Assembly: GCA_001443485.1 (NCBI GenBank)
Contig: LDXQ01000007.1
Location: forward strand, 1 to 49,066
DNA from: Candidatus Sysuimicrobiota bacterium CSP1-3
Lineage (GTDB): Bacteria; Sysuimicrobiota; Sysuimicrobiia; Sysuimicrobiales; Humicultoraceae
Length of the DNA stretch: 49,066 nt
Direction of reading: 5' to 3'
Part shown: in pieces, positions 19,424 through 26,802 of the stretch
How positions within the stretch are numbered: the first letter of the stretch is position 1
Layout: each line of letters opens with the position of its first letter
The notes under the pieces: model-generated
What the model saw: only the letters and a program-made list of their open reading frames with translations
The model's database searches: none
What the model was told of the DNA's origin: nothing
Translations under genes and position numbers: made by a program

Positions 19424-19876
19424 CTACCGCAGCACGCCGAGCACGTCGGGGTAGGGGGCCGCCTGCGGCCGGCTGCGCGTGATCCGGCGCAGCGCCCTGC
19501 CCAGCGGTTCCTTCTTCACCTGGCGCAGATACCCCAGGGCGACGCTGGGGGAGCGGTTGACCCCTGCGGTGCAGTGCAGGTAGACGGTGTGCCCCGCCGC
19601 GAGCAGACGGTCCAGGGCCTGCACCGCCTGGTCCAGCCGCGCGATCATCGCCTGCGCCGACCAGTCATCGATGGGCAGGCGGTGCGCTGCGATGGCCGCG
19701 GCGCGGTACCACTCCTCCAGTCGGTTCCAGGAGAGCCCCAGCGCGGCGAGGTCATCATCGGTCTGCAGGCTGAGGACCGCGGAAATCCCTCGCCGCTTCA
19801 GACCGGCGACGTCGGCCGCCGTGGCCGGGGCGCGCCCGATGAAGAGGGTAGGGAGGATTCGGGAGGCGTCATCCAC
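19424..19876 (-). CDS. Dual-specificity protein phosphatase family (laforin/SEX4-like catalytic domain)
   Basis: HCTAGVNRS CX5R loop, SRILPTLFIG, GISAVLSLQ, PIDD; likely GTG start overlapping solA stop (ORF extends to 19897). Confidence 0.85.
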   Translation of the reverse strand: MDDASRILPTLFIGRAPATAADVAGLKRRGISAVLSLQTDDDLAALGLSWNRLEEWYRAAAIAAHRLPIDDWSAQAMIARLDQAVQALDRLLAAGHTVYLHCTAGVNRSPSVALGYLRQVKKEPLGRALRRITRSRPQAAPYPDVLGVLR

Positions 19877-21005
19877 GGGCGAAGCGGTCGAGGGCAAACA
19901 GTGAGATGTCGTGCTCCGTCCGCCCGAGCAACGCCAGGTCCGCGAGAATCTCCCCGACCACCGGGGCGAACTTGAAGCCGTGCCCGGAGAAGCCGCAGGC
20001 GAGGACCACGTTCTGGTGCTGCGGGTGAAAGTCGATGATGAAGTGGCCGTCCGGCGTCATCGTGTACATGCAGGTCGTGCTGGCCAGCAGGGGACCGCTG
20101 GCCGCGGGCATGTAGCGCCCGATGAAGTCCCGACGCAGTTCCGCGATCTCCTCGGGCATGATCTCACGGCGGACGGTGTCCGCGGTGGTGGGATGCCCGG
20201 TCTTGTGCTCCGCGATCTTGACACCCTCGTCCCCCAGCCGGGGAAATCCATAGAAGAAGCGCCCGTCCACATGCCAGACGTACACTGGGCAGGAGCCGGG
20301 GTCGAAGGCCGCCTGCAGATCGACCGGTCGAAACCACCCGACGACTTGGCGCTCGACCGCCAGCGGCAGACCCACCTCTTCCAGCACCTGCGGTGCCCAC
20401 GGGCCGGCGGTGATGACGAGTGCGCCCGCCTCGTAGTGCCCGCGCGGGGTCTGCACCTCGACCGCATGCGGCGCCGCACTCCAGGCCAGCACCGGTTCCT
20501 CGTAGTGCAGTTCCGCGCCCGCGCGCGCCGCCTGCTCCAGGTGCGCCAGGATGCACTCCTCCGGGAACAGCACCCCGGCCCGCGGTTCCAGCACGCCGAC
20601 CATCCCGTCGGCGGGGGCGAAGACGGGGAATTTCCGGCGGATGGCCGCGGCCTCCAGGAATTCGTAGGCCAGGTGATGTACCCGCGCACTCTCCAGTGCG
20701 CCCTGCACCAGGGGCGTGTCCGGCGCGCCGATGAGGATGCCGGTCGTGGTCAGCAACAGCAGTTTGCCGGACGCCCGCTCGAGGTCTTCCCATAGGTCAT
20801 AAGCGCGCCAGACGAGCGGGACGTAGGACGGGTGCTCCCAGTAGGCCTCGCGGATGATCCGGGAACGTCCGTGGGAGGAACCCTGGTCGTGCGCGGCCGG
20901 GAATCGGTCGAAGCCGACTACGCGCCGGCCGCGGCGGGCCAGATGGTAAGCGGCGGCGCTACCCATCCCGCCGAGTCCCAGCACGATGACATCGTAGAGG
21001 GGCAT
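19869..21005 (-). CDS. solA: N-methyl-L-tryptophan oxidase / monomeric sarcosine oxidase
   Basis: YDVIVLGLGGMGS, GSSHGRSRIIR, CMYTMTPDGHF (FAD-attaching Cys), GFSGHGFKFAPVVG. Confidence 0.9.
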   Translation of the reverse strand: MPLYDVIVLGLGGMGSAAAYHLARRGRRVVGFDRFPAAHDQGSSHGRSRIIREAYWEHPSYVPLVWRAYDLWEDLERASGKLLLLTTTGILIGAPDTPLVQGALESARVHHLAYEFLEAAAIRRKFPVFAPADGMVGVLEPRAGVLFPEECILAHLEQAARAGAELHYEEPVLAWSAAPHAVEVQTPRGHYEAGALVITAGPWAPQVLEEVGLPLAVERQVVGWFRPVDLQAAFDPGSCPVYVWHVDGRFFYGFPRLGDEGVKIAEHKTGHPTTADTVRREIMPEEIAELRRDFIGRYMPAASGPLLASTTCMYTMTPDGHFIIDFHPQHQNVVLACGFSGHGFKFAPVVGEILADLALLGRTEHDISLFALDRFARG

Positions 21006-21036
21006 AGGGACGGTTTCTCCGCCGCGCCCCGGCCCC

Positions 21037-21222
21037 CTAGCCGGAGTGGGACGGTTCTGCGAGCAGGCCCGCCAGAGCGGAGGTCAGGGCGTCGATGTCC
21101 TCCCGCGTGTTGTATCCCTGGACGGAGATACGGAGCAACCGCCGGTCGTTCCAGGTCATGATCGGGACTTCGATCTTCCGATCGGCGTAAAGCCGTTGCT
21201 GCGTGGCCGCTCCCGCAGCCGG
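21037..21222 (-). pseudogene. C-terminal remnant of a class V aminotransferase (isopenicillin N epimerase-like)
   Basis: QQRLYADRKIEVPIMTWNDRRLLRISVQGYNTREDIDALTSAL resembles the fold-I class V C-terminus; no room for the rest of the gene. Confidence 0.65.
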
Positions 21223-21232
21223 CCCGCGCCGC

Positions 21233-21937
21233 TCATCGCGGAGGCACGGCGCGGGCGATGAAGACCAGGATCCTCCCGGTGAGGTCGGGCCCATGTGCAG
21301 AGTCGAAGATGTAGGTGCCGTGGGCGCTGCCGGAGTAGACGTGCAGCGTCTTCCTCCCGCCCGCGGCGGCGTGCATGGCGCGCATCGCCGGCGTGACGCT
21401 GTCGCGTTCGCTGGCGATCCACAAGGACGGCATCGTCAGGCGCCCCAGCTCGGTCTCGCTGACGTTCAGGCCGCGGAAGCGCATCGGGCTGCTGATCGCG
21501 ATCAGCGCATCCACGCCACCCGGGGTCGCGGCTTTGATCGACGCGGTGCCGCCCATGCTCGCCCCCACGAGCACGATGCGGCGCGCGCCCTGGCTGCGCA
21601 GGTACACCGCGGCCGCGCGCACATCGAGGTCGATCTCGTCGACGCGGCGCGAGCCGCCCGACCGCCCGAAGCCGCGGAAGTCAAACGCGAGCGCCCGGTA
21701 GCCCTCCGCGGCCAGCTGGCGCGCAAACGGCTGCCAGCTGGTCTGGTCGGTGGGGAACATGTGCGCCAGCACCACGCCGGCGGAGCCGTCGCCGAACACC
21801 GTGCCGGCCAGCACAACACCGTCCGATGTCGTGAACCGCACGGCCCCGCCGGCGGGCGCGGCGGCCCCGGCCGGCGCCGAGCAGAAGATGACGGCTGCAA
21901 CGAGGGCGGCCCAAAACCCCCGCGCCCTCAGCGGCAC
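21233..21937 (-). CDS. Secreted alpha/beta hydrolase
   Basis: Signal peptide; FDFRGFGRS, nucleophile elbow GASMGG, ERD, AHG. Confidence 0.88.
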   Translation of the reverse strand: MPLRARGFWAALVAAVIFCSAPAGAAAPAGGAVRFTTSDGVVLAGTVFGDGSAGVVLAHMFPTDQTSWQPFARQLAAEGYRALAFDFRGFGRSGGSRRVDEIDLDVRAAAVYLRSQGARRIVLVGASMGGTASIKAATPGGVDALIAISSPMRFRGLNVSETELGRLTMPSLWIASERDSVTPAMRAMHAAAGGRKTLHVYSGSAHGTYIFDSAHGPDLTGRILVFIARAVPPR

Positions 21938-23268
21938 GCCTGGATTGCCTCCCGCAGGATCTCGACGATCCGATCCACTTGTGCTTCGGTGATCACAAAC
22001 GGCGGTGCCAGGCAGATCACGTCTCCGATGGGGTCCTCACCCTTCTGCCCGGCGCGGATGCGCGCCACCAGGCCGCGCTGCCGTGCCTCCGCCAGCACGC
22101 GCGCCCCCAGTCCAACCGCCGGCGCTTTCGTCGCCTTGTCCTCGACCAGTTCGACGCCACACATCAGGCCCAGCCCGCGCACGTCGCCGACGACCGGCAG
22201 GTCCCGCAGCGTGCGCAATCCCTGGAGGAGTCGGTCGCCGAGTGTCGCCGCCCGGGGCACCAGGCTTTCGCCCTCCAGGATGTCCAGGTTGGCCAGCGCG
22301 ACGGCGCAGCAGGTGGCGTGGGCGGAGTAGGTGGCGGCGTGCATGAAGCGCTCCGCGGGCGGGGCCTCCGCAATCGCCGCATGGATCTCCCGCGAGACCA
22401 TCACTCCTCCGAGCGGCAGGTAGGCGCTCGTCACGCCCTTGGCAAACGTGACGACGTCGGGCTGTACGCCCCAGTGGTCGAGGGCGAACCAGCGGCCGGT
22501 CCGGCCGAATCCGGTGATGATCTCGTCGGCGATGAAAAGGACCTGAGATTGATCGCAGATCTCTCGGATGCGCGGGAAGTAGTCTGGGGTCGGCGGGATC
22601 ACACCCCCCGCGCCGATGACCGGTTCGGCGAGGAAGGCGGCCACGGTCCCCGGGCCCTCCGCCTGCAACGTCGCCTCGAGCGCCTCAGCCTGCGAACCGG
22701 CATACCGGTAGGGATAGGACGGCGTGATGTGGATGAACCCCGGCACCGTCGGCGCGAACATCCGGTGGAAGGCGGGGATGCCGGTGGCGCTCATCGCCCC
22801 CAGTGTCACCCCGTGGTACCCGTGGATCCGAGAGATGACTTTGGTCTTCTCCGGTTGCCCGCGGCGCTTCCAGTAGTAGCGGGCGATCTTGAAGGCGGTC
22901 TCATTGGATTCGGCGCCGCCAGTGGTGAAGTAGACCCCGGAGAGGTTCGGGTAAGCCAGACGGATCAGCCGCTCCGCCAGGCGCACGGCCGGTTCGTTAG
23001 AGAAGCCGGCATACGCCGCGGTGTAGGCCATCCGCCGCATCTGGGCCGCGGCCGCGTCCGCCAGTGCGGTCCGGCCGTGGCCGACGTTCACGTTCCACAG
23101 CGACGCCAGTCCGTCGATATACTCGCGCCCCTCCGCGTCCCGCAGGACCGCCCCCGCCGCCTCGACGGCCACCAGGGGGGCGGTGTGTTCGGCCGGAAAG
23201 TGCAGCGGGTGAATCAGGTGAGCCCGATCGGCTTCGACTAGCGCGGCCAGCGCCGTGCGCCTCTCCAT
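21928..23268 (-). CDS. Aminotransferase class III (omega-amine/putrescine:pyruvate type)
   Basis: LWNVNVGHG, GGAESNETAFK, YHGVT, FIADEIITGFGRTG, FAKGVTSAYLPLG. Confidence 0.92.
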   Translation of the reverse strand: MERRTALAALVEADRAHLIHPLHFPAEHTAPLVAVEAAGAVLRDAEGREYIDGLASLWNVNVGHGRTALADAAAAQMRRMAYTAAYAGFSNEPAVRLAERLIRLAYPNLSGVYFTTGGAESNETAFKIARYYWKRRGQPEKTKVISRIHGYHGVTLGAMSATGIPAFHRMFAPTVPGFIHITPSYPYRYAGSQAEALEATLQAEGPGTVAAFLAEPVIGAGGVIPPTPDYFPRIREICDQSQVLFIADEIITGFGRTGRWFALDHWGVQPDVVTFAKGVTSAYLPLGGVMVSREIHAAIAEAPPAERFMHAATYSAHATCCAVALANLDILEGESLVPRAATLGDRLLQGLRTLRDLPVVGDVRGLGLMCGVELVEDKATKAPAVGLGARVLAEARQRGLVARIRAGQKGEDPIGDVICLAPPFVITEAQVDRIVEILREAIQACR

Positions 23269-23418
23269 GGGGACCTCTCCGGTGAGACGTGGTCGTGTCT
23301 ACATTACGCTCCGCGGCGCCGAAGCCCTCCGCTCGCCCCGTTCCCTGTCCGGCGGAGCTGATCCCGCTGACCCGCAATCCTCCGGCCACCCCCCGATGCA
23401 TTAGAGGGAGGGAGGAGC

Positions 23419-23973
23419 ATGGGATCCCAGGACCGCGGCCTCACGCTGATTGAGGTCATTGTCACCCTGGCGCTGCTGGGGACCGCGCTAGGAGCCATCG
23501 CGGGGATGGTTCAGGCAACTTTCCGCAGCATGCTGCTGACCGAGCGCACGCTGGAGGTGCAGCAGAACGTCCGCGTTGCCGTGGACCGGATGGTGGAGGA
23601 GCTCCGCTGGGGCGAAGCGGTGCTGGCGGATCCGCGGTGCGGCGGTCTGTGCCCCGAACGCATCAGCGTGCGCGTCGCGCCGCACAACCCTCGCCGCCCC
23701 GGGGAGGCGTACACGGTGACCTTTCAGCGAGACCGGGTGCAGCGCGAGCTGGAGCGCCGCATCGGACTGGCCGTGAACAACCTGGCGGGCTCGATCGAGA
23801 GCCTCTCCTTCCGCTACTTCGATTCGGCGGGCGCGCCGGCGACCCGGCCGCAAGATGTGGTGCGCGTGGAGGTCACGGTCGTCGCCTCCGAGACCTCACC
23901 CCAGCCCACGAGCCGGACGTTAGTGACCGATGTCTTCCTGCGAAATCGCCCGGCGGCCTCGCCGCCGCCGTGA
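23419..23973 (+). CDS. Prepilin-type N-terminal cleavage/methylation protein (minor pilin, PilW-like)
   Basis: RG|LTLIEVIVTLALLG; QQNVRVAVDRMVEELR; GGAGGAG RBS. Confidence 0.85.
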   Translation: MGSQDRGLTLIEVIVTLALLGTALGAIAGMVQATFRSMLLTERTLEVQQNVRVAVDRMVEELRWGEAVLADPRCGGLCPERISVRVAPHNPRRPGEAYTVTFQRDRVQRELERRIGLAVNNLAGSIESLSFRYFDSAGAPATRPQDVVRVEVTVVASETSPQPTSRTLVTDVFLRNRPAASPPP

Positions 23974-24081
23974 CGTTGGCCGCGTCACCCCACTTTTCCC
24001 CGAGATTTGACACAGCCGTTACATTCCTGCCCGATCGTGAGGCGTAGCCTTAGTGGGACAACCTTGGGGGAGGGAACAAGC

Positions 24082-24534
24082 GTGAAGATCTGGACCGTCG
24101 TTACACTGATTGCGTTGGCGGGTGTCATCATCTTGCCGCAGGTTGTACTGGGGCAGGATCCGGTGGCCGCCGCCCGCACCCAGCTCACCACCGCGCGGTT
24201 CCACGCGGGCGAACTGGCCCAGCGGGGGACGGCCGTCGCGGGGACGCAGCTGCACCTGCGGCATGTGATCAACTGCCTGGAGGGGCCACAGGGCAAGAAC
24301 TTCACCGCCGCAGCCGGCAACGTGTGCCAGGGGCAGGGGAACGGCATCATCCCTGACCTGAAGGCCGCGGCGGCCGCGGGCCACGCTGGGGCGGGGAAGG
24401 CGCTCACCTTCGCGAACGCCGCGCTGACCGTGGCCCTGCAGGGTGTGGTCAGCAACGACGTCAACGAGGCGCAGCCCTTCGCGGCCGTGGTGGCCAAACA
24501 GATTGACTCCGCCCTCGCCGCCCTCGGGAAGTAG
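24082..24534 (+). CDS. Secreted hypothetical helical protein, copy 1
   Basis: GGAGGGA RBS, signal peptide; HLRHVINCLEGPQGKNFTAAAGNVCQGQGNGIIPDL. Confidence 0.8.
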   Translation: MKIWTVVTLIALAGVIILPQVVLGQDPVAAARTQLTTARFHAGELAQRGTAVAGTQLHLRHVINCLEGPQGKNFTAAAGNVCQGQGNGIIPDLKAAAAAGHAGAGKALTFANAALTVALQGVVSNDVNEAQPFAAVVAKQIDSALAALGK

Positions 24535-24578
24535 CGAGTCGGGCCGGCGGAGACGTGGCGGAGGATTTCTCCAGGTCG

Positions 24579-24584
24579 TATAAT
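24579..24584 (+). promoter_or_regulatory. -10 element of tRNA-Thr promoter
   Basis: Perfect TATAAT 12 nt upstream of the tRNA. Confidence 0.65.
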
Positions 24585-24596
24585 CCGGGTTGAGTC

Positions 24597-24673
24597 GCCG
24601 CTGTAGCTCAACCCGGCAGAGCACCGCACTTGTAATGCGGGGGTTGTCGGTTCGACTCCGACCAGCGGCTCCA
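24597..24673 (+). tRNA. tRNA-Thr(TGT)
   Basis: Acceptor GCCGCTG/CAGCGGC, anticodon stem CCGCA/TGCGG with loop CTTGTAA, GTTCGAC T-loop, encoded CCA. Confidence 0.97.
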
Positions 24674-24683
24674 GATGAAATAC

Positions 24684-24722
24684 AGAAAGAGCGCAGGCGG
24701 AAAGCCTGCGCTCTTTCTTCTC
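24684..24722 (+). terminator. Intrinsic terminator after tRNA-Thr
   Basis: 15-bp perfect stem AGAAAGAGCGCAGGC / GCCTGCGCTCTTTCT, loop GGAAA, pyrimidine tail. Confidence 0.85.
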
Positions 24723-24798
24723 TCCCACCTTCGCTTCACTCTCGGGACACCCAGGCTCAACCCCGGCATGTCCTCGGACCGCGGTCCTCGCGTTCCCT

Positions 24799-24828
24799 TT
24801 GACACCCTCGTCTCATCGTGGCTAAATT
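24799..24828 (+). promoter_or_regulatory. Putative sigma70 promoter for copy 2
   Basis: TTGACA-18 nt-TAAATT. Confidence 0.55.
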
Positions 24829-24872
24829 GTGGGATGTGGCGTTCGCGGCATATCTTCGGAGGGGGACCGCAT

Positions 24873-25313
24873 GTGAGAATCGGGACCGTCGCAGTGCTGA
24901 TCGTGCTCGCGGGCCTGACCGTCCTGCCGGTCGTACACGGGCAGGATCCGGTGGCCGCCGCCCGCACGCAGCTCATGACCGCGCTGTTTGACGTCGCCGA
25001 CCAGACGCAGCGGGGCACAGCCCTCTCAGCCGCGCACCTGCGCCTGCGCCGCATGATCAACTGCCTGGAGGGGCCTGGAGGCAAGAACTTCACGGTTGCC
25101 GCGGGCAACCCATGCCGGGGTCAGGGCAGCGGGATCTTCAATGACCTGCGGGCGGCCACGGGGAACGCCAAGGTGGGTACGGCGCTGCGGTTCGCCGAGG
25201 CCGCGCACGGCTTCGCGCTGCAGGGGATCGCCAGCACCGACGTCGGCGTGGCGCAGACCTACGCGTGGATGGTGGCCTTTGACCTCAACAACGCCCTGGA
25301 CGCACTGAGATAG
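24873..25313 (+). CDS. Secreted hypothetical helical protein, copy 2 (paralog of 24082-24534)
   Basis: GGAGGGGG RBS before GTG; shares GQDPVAAARTQL, INCLEGP.GKNFT.AAGN.C.GQG.GI..DL with copy 1. Confidence 0.8.
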   Translation: MRIGTVAVLIVLAGLTVLPVVHGQDPVAAARTQLMTALFDVADQTQRGTALSAAHLRLRRMINCLEGPGGKNFTVAAGNPCRGQGSGIFNDLRAATGNAKVGTALRFAEAAHGFALQGIASTDVGVAQTYAWMVAFDLNNALDALR

Positions 25314-25493
25314 CCGCCGGCCGTTCCGCCCCCGCCAGGTCGTCCGCCGAGTCTGGGTGAGCGCCGTCCGGGCGCTCGTCTTCGTCGCCGTACCGTTGTT
25401 CCGCGGGTAGTCGCTCCGCGCGCCCGGCTCTACCCCTTCCGCGCGCTGGCCCGCAGTCCCCGCAGGAAGTACTGCCCCAGGAAGATATGACCA

Positions 25494-25628
25494 CGCGAAG
25501 AGGAACTCGGTCCAGACCGCCGTGGACTGCCAGATCATGACGACGACAAACGGCAGGCCGGTGACAGGGGGAGAGGAGAAGGCGTCGAAAGACGCCCACC
25601 GGGCCGAGCCAGCGAAACCGCAGTCGAC
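25494..25628 (-). pseudogene. Frameshifted remnant of a carbohydrate ABC permease (MalG/GtsC type)
   Basis: Two frames give GVFRRLLLSP then PFVVVMIWQSTAVWTEFLFA, resembling the post-EAA-loop consensus F.RI.LP...VVV.IWQFT..WNEFLF. Confidence 0.55.
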
Positions 25629-25653
25629 CGGTCGCAAAGAGGAGGCGAACCCT

Positions 25654-26802
25654 ATGCCGCTGCGTGATCTCCGCACTCAGGCGACCCGGCGCACCCCCGA
25701 AGAACTCGTCGCCCATCTGCAGCGCTTCCCGCTGGCGCCGAAGTTCTCCGCCGGCATCTGGTATTTCTCGCCGATGGCCAGCCGATTTCACGACAAGTAT
25801 CAGAGCGACCTCTCCATCGAGGCGCGCTTGGAGAAGATCGCCGGGCTGCGGGAGATGGGCGTCGTGGGCGTGGAGGCCCATTACCCCAACGAGATCAACG
25901 AAGACAACCTGAATCTCTGGCGGACGTGGAGCCAGCAATCGGGGATCCGTGTCCTCACGATCGTGCCGCTGCTCTTCTTCGACCGGGAGTTCGAGTGGGG
26001 GTCGCTCTCCTCCCCGCTCCCGGAGGCGCGGCGCCGCGCCGTGGAGCGGACGATCAGCACGCTGCGCATCAACAAGGAACTGGGCGCCGATTTTGCCATC
26101 GTCTGGCCGGGGATCGACGGCTATGAACAGCCATTCGGCACCGACTTCATTGCCATGCGCGACCGGTTCGCCGACGGGCTGGCCGAGGCCATGGATGCCG
26201 TTCCCGGCGTGCGGGTGGCCTTCGAACCCAAGCCCTACGAGCCCCGCGGGCGCATCCTCTACGGCAGCACGGCCGAGGGGCTGCTCCTGGCGGAGAAGGT
26301 CGAGGCCCGCCTCACGCATCCCGAGAACCGCCGGTTGCTCGCCGAAGGGCACGCCCTGGTCGCGCTCAACCCCGAGATCGGCCACATGCTCATGGGCTCC
26401 GAGGATCTGGCCTACGCCTTGAGCCAGATCTGCGAGTACGGCCGCCTCGCGCACACCCATTGGAACAGCCAGCCTCTCGGCAATTACGACCAGGACCTGA
26501 ACGTCGGCGTCGTGGCGCCGGAGCAGGCGGAGGCCGCGCTGTACGCGCTGAAGATGGCCGGGTACGCGGAGCACTTCGGCATCGACGTCAATCCCGAGCG
26601 GATGCCGGTCGAAGTGGCCGTCCGCAATTCCATCGACGCCATCCGTGCGGCCGCAGACCGGATCAACGCCCTGGACCACGAGCAGGTGATCTGGGCGACC
26701 GGCCATCCCGATCGGGCCCGGGGCTGGCTCGAAGCCTACCTGATTCGCCAGCGGGCGCCGGCGGCCAGCAAGCTCCCTCCCCTCCCGCCGCTGCCCAGGT
26801 GA
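25654..26802 (+). CDS. xylA: Xylose isomerase-family sugar isomerase (divergent)
   Basis: WPGIDG, EPKPYEP, NPEIGH, YDQD motifs; AGAGGAGG RBS; coupled to xylB. Confidence 0.75.
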   Translation: MPLRDLRTQATRRTPEELVAHLQRFPLAPKFSAGIWYFSPMASRFHDKYQSDLSIEARLEKIAGLREMGVVGVEAHYPNEINEDNLNLWRTWSQQSGIRVLTIVPLLFFDREFEWGSLSSPLPEARRRAVERTISTLRINKELGADFAIVWPGIDGYEQPFGTDFIAMRDRFADGLAEAMDAVPGVRVAFEPKPYEPRGRILYGSTAEGLLLAEKVEARLTHPENRRLLAEGHALVALNPEIGHMLMGSEDLAYALSQICEYGRLAHTHWNSQPLGNYDQDLNVGVVAPEQAEAALYALKMAGYAEHFGIDVNPERMPVEVAVRNSIDAIRAAADRINALDHEQVIWATGHPDRARGWLEAYLIRQRAPAASKLPPLPPLPR

